From an uncultured Gammaproteobacteria bacterium (GTDB lineage Bacteria; Pseudomonadota; Gammaproteobacteria; Steroidobacterales; Steroidobacteraceae), in NCBI GenBank assembly GCA_963786705.1, contig CAWBAG010000027.1:1-64000 (forward strand): a stretch of 64,000 nt of DNA. Direction: 5' to 3'. The position numbers were made by a program, and so were the translations under genes. The notes beneath the pieces were generated by a model. That model was given only the letters and a program-made list of their open reading frames with translations, had not been told where the DNA came from and searched no databases. Shown piece by piece: positions 22,324 through 31,936 of this stretch (the stretch's first letter is position 1; each line of letters starts with the position of its first letter).

Positions 22324-22725
22324 CTAGACCTGTGTCTGCAGGAACCGGTGCAGCCGCGCGTCGTAAGTCTTGAAATGGTCACCAAACCACGCGGCCAGGC
22401 GGTCCGAGAAGGCATTGTCGTCGAGCACCCCGTGCTCAATGTGCTCGTCCATGATGTCGCGGATATCGTCGAGCAATCGCTCATGATCCACCTTGTGCGC
22501 GCCGAAATCCGGGTACCGGCGCGCCTGCATGTCCTTCTCTTCCAGCGCGAAATGGGCCGAGATGCGGGCGTAGATCTCGCCGAGGAATTCCTCGATACGA
22601 TCGGAGGTCCGGTCCGCACCCAACGCGGCATGCAGTTCGTTGATGAGGCCGATCAATACCTGGTGCTCATGGTCCACCTCGGCAATGCCGATGCGGAATT
22701 CGTCGCGCCATTCGAGCAGGCTCAC
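22324..22725 (-). CDS. bacteriohemerythrin
   Basis: A 133-aa product with hemerythrin His/Glu/Asp ligand motifs (EVDHEH, HFALEE, HKVDHERL, GDHF). AGGAGG lies 7 nt upstream of the GTG start. The start forms a GTGA overlap with the upstream gene's stop. Confidence 0.85.
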   Translation of the reverse strand: MSLLEWRDEFRIGIAEVDHEHQVLIGLINELHAALGADRTSDRIEEFLGEIYARISAHFALEEKDMQARRYPDFGAHKVDHERLLDDIRDIMDEHIEHGVLDDNAFSDRLAAWFGDHFKTYDARLHRFLQTQV

Positions 22726-23231
22726 GGTGGCACCTCCTGGGTGGCCAGCCCGTGTGCCGGCGCGCGCCCGAACTGGAAGCCTCCTTCCGTGCCGCGAAAG
22801 TCGATGACGAAGTTCTGGCCGGGCACGAGCAGGACGGTCGCGACACTCGCATAGTCGAATCCCGTCGCACGGCCGCTGTCGCGCAGCCGCACCTCGAATC
22901 GATGCCGGCCGGCCGGCACGCGGAAGCTCGCGTAGACGGTGGACGGACCATCGTCCCACAGGCCTGCTGGCTGGTGGGTGGCGCGGTGTATCTGCCGCCC
23001 GTCGAGGTCGAGTTCCACATAGACCGGCCAACGGCCGCGTTCGCACGTCGTCGCGCGCCGCTGGTTGAACGGCAGCTTCGCGAGTTCCTGGGGACTGTAG
23101 TGCCGGCACGGCTTGAGCGGCTGCGAGGCATGACTGAAGCTGAGCTTGAGCAGGGCCTGGTCGTGGTGGAGGTACGCGTAGGTCGGCCGCGTGGCAAACC
23201 AGCCGATCAGCAGGGCCAGGGCTCCCAGCAT
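22722..23231 (-). CDS. hypothetical N-terminally anchored (probably periplasmic) protein, about 169 aa
   Basis: The TM anchor is MLGALALLIGWFATRP. It is translationally coupled to the hemerythrin gene. No family was recognised. Confidence 0.5.
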   Translation of the reverse strand: MLGALALLIGWFATRPTYAYLHHDQALLKLSFSHASQPLKPCRHYSPQELAKLPFNQRRATTCERGRWPVYVELDLDGRQIHRATHQPAGLWDDGPSTVYASFRVPAGRHRFEVRLRDSGRATGFDYASVATVLLVPGQNFVIDFRGTEGGFQFGRAPAHGLATQEVPP

Positions 23232-23272
23232 TGCCGCGGCACCGACGACCCGCAGGGGCGCTGCCAGCTGGC

Positions 23273-24838
23273 TCAGTCGTGGCGCGCCAGGCGAGACCCG
23301 TCCGGCCCGGCAGTGGGGAGCGCGACAACGGCCCGCAGGTGCTGTCGGAATTGCGCGAGCGTCTGTCGTGTTCGATGCTGTTGCACCGGTGACGCCCAGG
23401 AGACGGCCACCCGGTCGCGATCCACGCGATCGCGCAGGTGCGGATCCCTCTGGTTGGCAATGCGCTCGTCCACCCACCGGTTGCCGAGCCGCTCGAAGCA
23501 GTCTTCCTCGGCACAACCGGCGATCAGCACGCCGTCGGCGTGCTTGCGCGAGATCACCAGGTCGATGAACGACGGCGGCAGCATCGCGACGCAGGGCATC
23601 GGCACGACGGCGACCCCCGGATCCGCCAGCGCATCGAGATTGCCGGCGTGGGCGCATCGGAAGACGACGACGCGGTCGTTGCCCTGCAGCTTGCCTGTAG
23701 CGGCGATCACCTGGTCGCGCAAGCCTGCGATGGGAGCGGCAGGCAGTTCGATGCCAGGCACCAGTGCGCTCGCGCGGCGGAACGGCGTGGCCGTCGGGCA
23801 CGCGCCGACGCAGATCCCGCAGCTCATGCAGAGGCCAGGATCGACGCGGGCTTCCTGGTCGAACTCGGCGCCGTCCGTCCGCCCGACCATCGTGATCGCG
23901 CCGAACGGGCAGTCCGCGAAACAGCGGCCGCAGCCATTGCAGTTGTCGAGGTGGACCACGGCGGGCGGCGCCTGGCGCAGCGGTGGCAGCCACGGCAGCA
24001 AGGTGAGGAACACGCTGCCGCCGACCAGCGCCGCCCAGAGCGTGCGGCCGCTCACGACGTCGAGCAGGGGATACACGGTCAGATAGAACCAGTCGACGCC
24101 GACGTCGAACGGGGCCCGGTCAAGGTCCGCCGGCGCCTGGCTCATGGCCGGCACGACGAGCGAAAGCGCAACCAGCATCCCGAACACGGCGAGCCCGAGC
24201 CGGCGCGGCGGGTTCACGCGCGCATGCGCGTGGCGCTGGATGTGCACCCACATGAACAGCAGCATGATCAACGGCACGGCGATGTGGATGTAGGCCATCA
24301 GCGTGAAGAACCGCCCGCTCAGGTGCGAGCTGTCGAGGAAGTTCCGCGCGATCGGCTCCGCAAAGATGCCGATGCTGTCGAGCCACTCCGTGGTGGCGAT
24401 GGCGACGTATTGCGCGAGCTGGTCCCAGACGAGCCAGTAGCCGGTGATGCCGCAGGCATAGAGGAACCACAACAACGGCACGCCGGTGACCCACGGGAAC
24501 CAGCGGTTGCCGCGCATGCGATCCATGGCGAATTCGCGCAGCATGTGCAGGATGACGACCACGACCATCGCGTCCGAGGCGTAGCGATGCAGGCTGCGCA
24601 TGATGCCGCCGAGGTACCACTGCTCGCGCGACAGGTACTCGAGCGATGCGTAGGCCTGGGTCACGCCCGTGTCGAAGAACACGTAGACGTAGATGCCGGT
24701 GACGGTGACGATCCAGAACAGGAACCAGCCGAGCGACCCGAGTTGCACGAGGGGATTCAGCACCGGGCCGAAGAACTTCTCGCAGGCCTGCTCGAGTCTC
24801 AGGAAGAGGGCGCGCAGTGACGCCTTGAGCAGCTTCAC
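23273..24838 (-). CDS. fusion protein: di-heme cytochrome b (bc-type N-terminal domain), 2x[4Fe-4S] ferredoxin and MvhD/FlpD-like iron-sulfur domain
   Basis: The 521-aa ORF is intact. It has His-x13-His pairs in TM helices (HRYASDAMVVVVILH and HIAVPLIMLLFMWVH). The cysteine motifs are CNGCGRCFADCP and CMSCGICVGACP. The C-terminus carries FRCAHAGN...PCVAM...IAGCAEEDC. Confidence 0.75.
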   Translation of the reverse strand: MKLLKASLRALFLRLEQACEKFFGPVLNPLVQLGSLGWFLFWIVTVTGIYVYVFFDTGVTQAYASLEYLSREQWYLGGIMRSLHRYASDAMVVVVILHMLREFAMDRMRGNRWFPWVTGVPLLWFLYACGITGYWLVWDQLAQYVAIATTEWLDSIGIFAEPIARNFLDSSHLSGRFFTLMAYIHIAVPLIMLLFMWVHIQRHAHARVNPPRRLGLAVFGMLVALSLVVPAMSQAPADLDRAPFDVGVDWFYLTVYPLLDVVSGRTLWAALVGGSVFLTLLPWLPPLRQAPPAVVHLDNCNGCGRCFADCPFGAITMVGRTDGAEFDQEARVDPGLCMSCGICVGACPTATPFRRASALVPGIELPAAPIAGLRDQVIAATGKLQGNDRVVVFRCAHAGNLDALADPGVAVVPMPCVAMLPPSFIDLVISRKHADGVLIAGCAEEDCFERLGNRWVDERIANQRDPHLRDRVDRDRVAVSWASPVQQHRTRQTLAQFRQHLRAVVALPTAGPDGSRLARHD

Positions 24839-24878
24839 GCCGGTCGCCCCCGTCCGCCGGCCGCAACCGCTGCATGAC

Positions 24879-25720
24879 TCAACGCGAGTTCCGCCAGGAT
24901 ACTGCGATGACGACAGCCACCATGCCGAGGGCGAGAATTCCCGCGATCGCGTCGGCCACGATCGAATAGTCGAAACGATAGCGACCGCTGGCGGGATCGT
25001 AGATCGTGCAGAACAGTTTCACCGACCGGGCGAGCCCGGCGAGCGTGCCGCGCTCGATCTCCTGGCCGCGGACGAGGCGCTTCAGCGGCTCGACGAGACT
25101 TGGCGGGTTGAAGTCCTGCCCGTACACCTGCAGTGTCACGCGCCCGGTGCCGTCGATGACGGTGGTCTGCGTGATGTGGTCGAATCCCTTGGGCGACGGC
25201 CGGTAGGTGAAGCCGACGTCGCGCGCCAGTCGCTCCAGCGTCGCGGTGTCCGTGCTGGCGAAATACCAACCCGGCAATGCCGGCGCCACGCTCCTGCGCA
25301 TACAGCCGCATCCGTGCCGGCGTGTCGTTGGGCGTGTCGAATCCGACCGTCAGGACGGTGAAGCTGTCCGGTCCGAGCGCTCGCCGCGCCACCTTGGCGA
25401 CGTCGCGCAGGTGCACGGTCAGGCCGGAACAGACCTGGTAGCAACTCGTGTAGACGAGGCTCAGCACGACCGGCTTGCCGCGGAGGCTCGACAGCCGGAA
25501 CGCCCGGCCGCGTTGATCGACAAACTGGTAGTCATCGAGTTGCCGGTTGATCGCGGCCTGGCTGGTCGCCAGCGCGGTGGTCGTCGTCAGGAGCCGGCGT
25601 CTGCGCAAGGGCACCTGCGGCCATCGCCCAGGCGCAACCCGAGCAGGAGTCCGCCGTGCAGCGTTGACCTGCGATGGGGCCTGCGCATGGCTCAGTAGAC
25701 GACCAGGCGGCCTGACAGGG
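24879..25720 (-). CDS. sco: SCO1/SenC copper chaperone (copy 1), frameshift near 25260; the start is uncertain
   Basis: The CxxxC region is VVLSLVYTSCYQVCS and there is a C-terminal TM. The two halves lie in ORF 24835..26073 and ORF 24879..25301. An extra T is apparent in GGGTTGGTAT. Confidence 0.7.
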
Positions 25721-25753
25721 CTCCGTCGACGATGGCCCCGACCAGCAGCAGGC

Positions 25754-26640
25754 TCAACTGCAGCAGCGAGGCCAGGAAGTTGCGGATTGCGTTCTGCCGT
25801 GTCGGTGCGCGGACGAGGAGGACGCTTCGGTAGACGAAATACGCGCCGCCGGCTGCGGCACAGGCGAGATAGGAGTTCCCTGCGCCCCAGGCCGACCGGC
25901 AACAGCGCGAGCAACACGAGCAGCACGGTGTGCCCGAGGATCACGCGAGCCGCGACGCGATCGCCGATACACCACCGGCAGCATCGGCACGCCGGCGTCG
26001 GCGTAGTCCTGCCGGTAATACATCGCGAGGCTCCAGAAGTGCGGCGGGGTCCAGAGAAACAGGATGACCGCAAACGTCCATGCGGCCGGGCCCAGGCCTG
26101 GATTCACCGCCGCAGCACCGGCCAGCACGGCGAAACTGCCGGCGAGGCCGCCGACGACGATGTTCAGCCACGTCCGCCGCTTGAGCCAGAGCGTGTAGAC
26201 GACGCCGTAGGTGAACGCGCCGAGGAACACGAAGGCGGCTGCCAGCCAGTTCGTCGCCAGGCCGGCCGAGACGACCGCAACGGCCAGCAGCAAGCCGATC
26301 ACCGCGAACCATGGCGCAGCCGCCGTCGAGCTGCCCGGTGACGAACGGACGGCCGCGAGTGCGCGACATGCGCGCGTCGAGGTCGCGTTCGGCCAGGTGA
26401 TTGAGCGCACCGGCGCTCGCAGCGGCCAGGAAGACCGCGATCGCAAGAACCAGCAACTGCGCACGGCGGCAACCCGGGGCCCTGGGCCATCGCGACGCCC
26501 GCGATGCCGGCGAACATGATCTCGAGGGCGATGCGCGGCTTGAAGACCTCGACCGTGCTCCGCCAGGAAGCCCGATTCGCTGCGAGGTCCGCATCCTGCG
26601 CGACTGCTTGGTGCACGTTCGCTCCTACCGCAGCGGCCAG
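25754..26640 (-). CDS. ctaB: protoheme IX farnesyltransferase (heme O synthase) CtaB/CyoE, at least 3 frame changes
   Basis: The N-terminus is RSTVEVFKPRIALEIMFAGIAGVAMA. The middle is ALNHLAERDLDARMSRTRGRPFVTGQL. The C-terminus is FVFLGAFTYGVVYTLWLKRRT...LWTPPHFWSLAMYYRQDYADAGVPMLPVV. All three parts are in different frames. Confidence 0.7.
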
Positions 26641-28328
26641 ACCTCGGCAAGGTACTTCCAGTTCACGAAGTAGTACAGGACGAACGACACGAAGAACACG
26701 CCGACCAGCACGATCGTGCCGGGGATCTTGAGCGTTCCCTCGTTGCCGTAGCGCGCCACGGCCGCGGCCGATGCCGCGCCGGACACCGGACCGAGCTGCA
26801 CCACTTCGCTGTCGCCGATCCTGCGGCCGAAGAAGACCGAGCAGACGACGACGAGAATGTACATCGCGCCGCCGATCGCGGCCATGATCGCGGACATGCC
26901 GTTGAGCGCCAGCATCAGGAACGCCGCGGGCGAGAACTGGAACTGGCGTGAGCGCGTCCGCGAACGTGATGTCCCAGTGCCTGCGGGGCACGCCGAGCGT
27001 GCCGGCGCCCATCATGAACAGCGAGATGCCGGCAACGCCCAGCCCGAAAATGTAGGGCTGCAGCTGGGCGACCTTCCTGAACATGACCTCGCGACGGAAG
27101 ATCAGCGGTACGAGGAGATACGTGATCGCCATGAACGCGAGCGTCGTGCCGGCGACCACGGTCGCGTGGAAATGCCCCGGCACGTACAGCGTGTTGTGCA
27201 TGATCAGGTTGATCTGCTCGGTGCCCATCACGACGCCGGAGATGCCGCCGAGGAAGCCGAACATGACCAGCGACAGGAACATGCCGGCAAATGCCGGGTT
27301 GCCCCAGGGCGCCTTGCGCAGCCACTCGAACAGGCCCTTGTTGTAGCCCTTGGCGCGCTGCGCCGCCTCGATGGCGCCCGGCACCGTCATGCCGTGGATC
27401 ATGCTGCCGAGCACGGCGAGGTACATCGCGTAGCTGGTGTTGAAGATCTTCCAGCTCGAGCTCACGCCGGGCTCGACCAGCATGTGGTGCGCGCTCGCGA
27501 GCTGCAGGAACAGGATGTACATGAGGAACGCCATGCGGCTGACTTTCTCGGAGATCGGCTTGGCGCCGAGCACCATGGCGCCGATCGCGTACCACACGGC
27601 GACGTGCGCGGAGACGTTGATCTGCTGCGAGGAGTGGCCCATGCCCCACCAGACCAGCTTGTACATCAGCGGGTCGATGCCGCTGATGATGCCGAGCGAC
27701 CAGAGGAAGGTCGGGATGAGGATGATCGCGCCGCAGGCCAGCGTGAACACGGCGATGATCGCCGCCGTGATGGCGCCGAAGGTGACCAGCGGCACCGATC
27801 CCTCGTAGGTCTTCTCGTCCTTGGCAACGACCAGCGTGCCGAAGAAGACCGCGCAGCCGATCAGGGCACCCACGGCGAACAGGACGAGGCCGAGGTAGAA
27901 GTGCGGCGCCGCCAGCAACGGCGCGTAGGAGGTGAACATGACCGAGGAGTTGCCCTGGAGCACCGCGACGTTGGTCATCAGCGCGCCGACCAGCATCAGC
28001 CAGAACTGGACCCATCCCCAGCGTGGCGCGGCAAGCCGTGAATTGAGCAGTACCGCGGAGGCGAAATACAGCACCGCCATCTCGAAGAAGATGATCCAGA
28101 CGAGCAGCACGTCGATGCCGTGTGCGGTCAGCGCGCAGGTAGAACCAGTCGGCCGGCAGCAGGTGCACGGCAGGCCAGCGTGTCAGCGCGACCGACAGGC
28201 CGAACAGGCCACCGACGAGCAGGAACACGACGGCGGCGACGGCGTTCGACCTTGATGAGGTTTTCCGCCGAACGGTCGATCCGCAGGCCGGTCGTCGGGC
28301 AGGTGCGAAAGATGGTTGCAACTGTCAT
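26625..28328 (-). CDS. cbaA: heme-copper oxidase subunit I, B-family (ba3-like) CbaA, several frame changes
   Basis: Most of the protein is in ORF 26299..28110 (GHFHATVVAG, HHMLVEP). The C-terminal TM helices are in ORF 26625..26915. The N-terminus is in other frames. Confidence 0.7.
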
Positions 28329-28338
28329 GACGGCCCGC

Positions 28339-28875
28339 TCAGTTCTTGTCGACGACGTAGATGCGACCGGTCATCGTGTGATGCCCGAAGCCGCAGTACT
28401 CGTTGCAGACGACGCCGAACTGGCCGGATTGATTCGGCGTCATCGTCACGACCATCTCGTATCCGGGGTGTACCTGGATGTTGATGTTGACGGGCTGGAG
28501 GGAGAAGCCGTGCTGCAGATCGATGGACGAGAGGTGCAGCCGGTAGGTCTCGCCCTTGACGAACTCGAGCATCGGCCACCACATGTAGACGCGACCCATC
28601 ATGTAGACGTCGCTGCCGGGCGGGGGTCGCACGACCGGGAATGCACCTTCCTGGCGCACCGTGTACGTCTCGACCATCTTGTCGACCTTGGCCGCGAAGT
28701 CGGCTGGCGTCGTCCTGTAGGCCTCGTTCGAGAGATTCTGGCTTCCGGCGCCATGCCAGTAGATCATCATGAAGAACATCACGATTCCCCACAGGAACGC
28801 GATGCTGGCCCAGATCAATTCGACCTTGTGAACGGGCTCTTTCCACCAGTTTGCGCCCGGAGATGCGATTGACAT
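28339..28875 (-). CDS. cbaB: ba3-type cytochrome c oxidase subunit II (CuA)
   Basis: A 178-aa product with a single TM and the CuA motif CNEYCGFGHHTM. Confidence 0.85.
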   Translation of the reverse strand: MSIASPGANWWKEPVHKVELIWASIAFLWGIVMFFMMIYWHGAGSQNLSNEAYRTTPADFAAKVDKMVETYTVRQEGAFPVVRPPPGSDVYMMGRVYMWWPMLEFVKGETYRLHLSSIDLQHGFSLQPVNINIQVHPGYEMVVTMTPNQSGQFGVVCNEYCGFGHHTMTGRIYVVDKN

Positions 28876-28890
28876 GGCTGCTGTCTCCGG

Positions 28891-29061
28891 TCACGGCGTG
28901 GCGATGGGAATCTGGATGATTTCCATGATTCCCCAGATGAGATAGACGACCGTCGGGATCGTGACGCCGAGGAACAGCAGCAGGAAATGGTTGTCGAGCA
29001 GACGCTGGAAGAACGGCGTGCGTTCGGGACGATCGGGCTCGGTGGGTTGCGGTCCGGACAT
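28891..29061 (-). CDS. 56-aa single-TM protein directly upstream of cbaB (subunit IIa/CbaD-like), absent from the ORF track
   Basis: The product is MSGPQPTEPDRPERTPFFQRLLDNHFLLLFLGVTIPTVVYLIWGIMEIIQIPIATP. It stops 15 nt before the cbaB ATG. Confidence 0.5.
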   Translation of the reverse strand: MSGPQPTEPDRPERTPFFQRLLDNHFLLLFLGVTIPTVVYLIWGIMEIIQIPIATP

Positions 29062-29239
29062 GAGACCCCCTGGCGTTCGCCTGTCTATGTCGTACGGGTC
29101 GCCCCTGCCACCCGGTACATCCGGCGCTTGTTAGCACTTACGTGAGCGTACGTCCTTGATATAGATCAAGCGCACTGCAAAAAAGAAAGCTGCGCCGCAC
29201 CGGGACTGTGCCCGCAGACGCTGTCTCGACCGGTCGCGG

Positions 29240-29437
29240 CTAGCCCGCTCCGACGCAGCGGCGGATCAGCGCAAATGTGACGAGGCTGAGCCCGAGCAAC
29301 AGCCCGAAGAAGATCAACGAGCGATACTCGAACCGCCGGCCAGCGCGACGCTCGAGCGAGTCGAGCAGGCGGTCGCAGACCAGGTAGAGAACGATCGCGG
29401 CGAGCGTGAAATAGACGGTCGTCATTCGCAATCGCAC
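29240..29437 (-). CDS. small 2-TM membrane protein (PLD-nuclease N-terminal-domain-like)
   Basis: A 65-aa product with a basic loop between two TM helices. Confidence 0.4.
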   Translation of the reverse strand: MRLRMTTVYFTLAAIVLYLVCDRLLDSLERRAGRRFEYRSLIFFGLLLGLSLVTFALIRRCVGAG

Positions 29438-29511
29438 CAGGCGCGCCTGCGGCCCCGAGTAGCGCAGGATGCTAGCAGGTTCGGTCGATTCTCAGGACGG
29501 GGCCCCGACGC

Positions 29512-30504
29512 TCATCGGGTCGGCCGCAGAAATCGCAGCAGCGCGACCGTGGCCAGCACGAGCAACGCCGCCACGCCGTTGTGCGCGACTGCCAGCGGCA
29601 ACGGGAAGGTCCTCAGCACCATCACCGGCCCGAGCAGGAGCTGGGCTGCGAGCACGGTCGCGAGGACAACCCCGGTCGTGCGGACACCGCCTGACCGCCC
29701 GAGACGAATCGCCTTCCAGGCCGTGACGGCCAGCACGAGCGCCGTGACGATCGCACCGAGCCGGTGCGTGAAATGGATTGCCACGCGCGCCGGGTGGTCG
29801 AGCACGCCGCCCTCGTAATCGATGCCGAGACCGCGCCAGAGCACGAAGGCATCGCGGAAATCCATCTGCGGCCAGTACGACGCCTGGCAAGTCGGGAAGT
29901 CGGGACAGGCGAAGGCCGCGTAATTGGAACTGACCCAGCCGCCGAGCATGATCTGCACCGCGAGCACGACCAGGCCGAACACGGCCCACGTGCGCAGGCT
30001 GCGCTCGACGGCAGGCGGGGTCGTCCGCGCAGGCTCGAGGTACAGCCACCACAGCAGCGCCATCGTGGTGAGTCCGCCCACGAGGTGCGCCGAGACGATC
30101 AGCGGCTTCAGCAGCAGCGTTACCGTCCACATGCCGAGCAATCCCTGGAACACGACGAGCAGCACCAGCGCTGCGGGCAGCCCCACCGGTTGCCGCCGGT
30201 CGCGACGGTTGCGCCACGCGATCACCGCGAGCGCGACAATCACGAGGCCGAGCGTCGACGCGAGATAGCGATGCACCATTTCCTTGAGCGCCTTGTCCGC
30301 CTCGAGCGGCCGCTCGGGATACGCGGCGTTCGCGACCGCGGAGTTCTCGACCGCGTCGCCGACCGTCAGGTGGCCGTAGCAGCCCGGCCAGTCCGGGCAG
30401 CCGAGGCCCGCGTGGCTCAGGCGCACGTACGCGCCGAGCACGATCACGCAGAAGGCGAGGACCGTGCCCAGCAGGCAGAGCCGGCGAAATGTCGAGTTGT
30501 GCAT
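29512..30504 (-). CDS. ctaA: heme A synthase CtaA/COX15
   Basis: The ORF is intact from MHNSTFRRLCLLGTVLAFCVIVLGAYVRL and carries the conserved Cys pair CPDWPGC. Confidence 0.85.
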   Translation of the reverse strand: MHNSTFRRLCLLGTVLAFCVIVLGAYVRLSHAGLGCPDWPGCYGHLTVGDAVENSAVANAAYPERPLEADKALKEMVHRYLASTLGLVIVALAVIAWRNRRDRRQPVGLPAALVLLVVFQGLLGMWTVTLLLKPLIVSAHLVGGLTTMALLWWLYLEPARTTPPAVERSLRTWAVFGLVVLAVQIMLGGWVSSNYAAFACPDFPTCQASYWPQMDFRDAFVLWRGLGIDYEGGVLDHPARVAIHFTHRLGAIVTALVLAVTAWKAIRLGRSGGVRTTGVVLATVLAAQLLLGPVMVLRTFPLPLAVAHNGVAALLVLATVALLRFLRPTR

Positions 30505-30518
30505 GACGTAGACCTGGG

Positions 30519-31133
30519 CTAGCCGATGTGCGAGAGTCGCAGCAATTTCCGGACGTCCGCAAGCAGCGCCATGTCCGGCGCCGCCGCGGAGTAGCTCAGC
30601 ACGAGATTGCCGAGCGGATCGACGAGGTAGAGGCGTCCCGCGACGGCATCCGCGGTGCCCGGGAAAGCCGCAAGGAGCGCGCGTCCACCGGCTTCGTCGC
30701 GCGGCAGCACGACCGTGAGATCCGGATGTTCGGCCGACAGGTACGCGCGATCGCAGCAACCACCGGTCGCCAGGAACACGCGCTGCACGCGGTCCATGTC
30801 CTTGTTGAGCGCGATGCGCGACTGCCGCGAGAGGTAGAGCAGCTTGCGACAGCGTTCGTCACAGGCGCCGTCGCCGACGAAGAGCATGGTCCACTTGCCT
30901 CGCAGGAGGTCGACTGGCATGGCCACGCCGTCCATGTCCGCTAGCGATGTGACCGGCAGCGGCACGGCGGGATCGATCAGGTCGCCCTGGTTCGTGCCGC
31001 CGACCGGCCGCCAGTCGGTCGGGCCGTAGTAGAGCCAGAACGCCACGGCCAGCGGCACGAAGAACATCGCCGCGAGCAGCAGCAACTGGCGCTGACCGCG
31101 GCGCGGGGACTCGGTGGGGCTGGGCGCGTTCAT
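30519..31133 (-). CDS. membrane-anchored thioredoxin/SCO-like hypothetical protein (cox-cluster associated)
   Basis: A 204-aa product with an N-terminal TM and Cys motif FVGDGACDERC. It sits between surf1 and ctaA. Confidence 0.6.
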   Translation of the reverse strand: MNAPSPTESPRRGQRQLLLLAAMFFVPLAVAFWLYYGPTDWRPVGGTNQGDLIDPAVPLPVTSLADMDGVAMPVDLLRGKWTMLFVGDGACDERCRKLLYLSRQSRIALNKDMDRVQRVFLATGGCCDRAYLSAEHPDLTVVLPRDEAGGRALLAAFPGTADAVAGRLYLVDPLGNLVLSYSAAAPDMALLADVRKLLRLSHIG

Positions 31134-31900
31134 GGGGGTGAATTGGACGCTTTCATGGCGGCGCCGTCAGGTCGTTGCTGGAAACTGAGCGCGATGAAGA
31201 TCACCAGCAGCACGACGCGAGCGCGAACCACTGGATCGCGTAGCCCGAGGTGCCGCTCGGGGCCGACACTGAGCGCTGGCCGCCACTCGCGTTCGAATCC
31301 GTCCGGTTCGGCCGCGTCGAGCAGCAGGATGCGCGGTTCGACGGGCGCGCCGAGTGCGTGCTCGAGATCGCCGCGCACCGGAAAATTGAGTACGCGAGGC
31401 CAGCGCGTGTCGCCCGGCACGCCGGCTTCGCCGACGCGCACGCCCGGTACCGGCAACTGGTCGAGGCGGCCGACGACGACGCGCGCCGTCGCCGGGACGG
31501 CTACGCTCGGCAGGTCGGCGCGGCTTGCCCCGAGCGGAACCCAGCCCCGATCGACCAGCAGCAAGTGCCCGGTTCCTTCGCGGACCAACGGCGTCAGCAC
31601 GCGGTAACCCGGGCGGCCCGTGCGCGACGAGGGCATGTTGTCGAGCAGCACCTGGCGTGCGGAATCGTAGCGGCCGGCGACCGTCACGTGCTGGTAGCGC
31701 GGCATGGCGTCGACCGTTCCATTGTCGAGCACGGCGGTTGTCACCGCGCCGCGCGTGAATGCGTCGATCATGGCCTGCTTGTCGTGACGGCGGTCCAGTT
31801 GCCACCAGCCGAGCGCGACGAATGCGGCGCACAGCAGCGTCGTGACCAGCACGGCCCAGGCGCGCGGAGCGAACACGCGATCGGCCAGTCGCGGCGTCAT
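31130..31900 (-). CDS. surf1: SURF1 cytochrome oxidase assembly protein with a local compensated frame disturbance near the C-terminus
   Basis: The product begins MTPRLADRVFAPRAWAVLVTTLLCAAFVALGWWQLDRRHDKQ. The expected HLGYAIQWFALA segment is replaced by HLGLRDPVVRARV. The start ATGA overlaps the stop of the next gene. Confidence 0.75.
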   Translation of the reverse strand: MTPRLADRVFAPRAWAVLVTTLLCAAFVALGWWQLDRRHDKQAMIDAFTRGAVTTAVLDNGTVDAMPRYQHVTVAGRYDSARQVLLDNMPSSRTGRPGYRVLTPLVREGTGHLLLVDRGWVPLGASRADLPSVAVPATARVVVGRLDQLPVPGVRVGEAGVPGDTRWPRVLNFPVRGDLEHALGAPVEPRILLLDAAEPDGFEREWRPALSVGPERHLGLRDPVVRARVVLLVIFIALSFQQRPDGAAMKASNSPP

Positions 31901-31936
31901 CTATACTCTGCTTCCAACGCGTCCGGCCTCCCGCAC

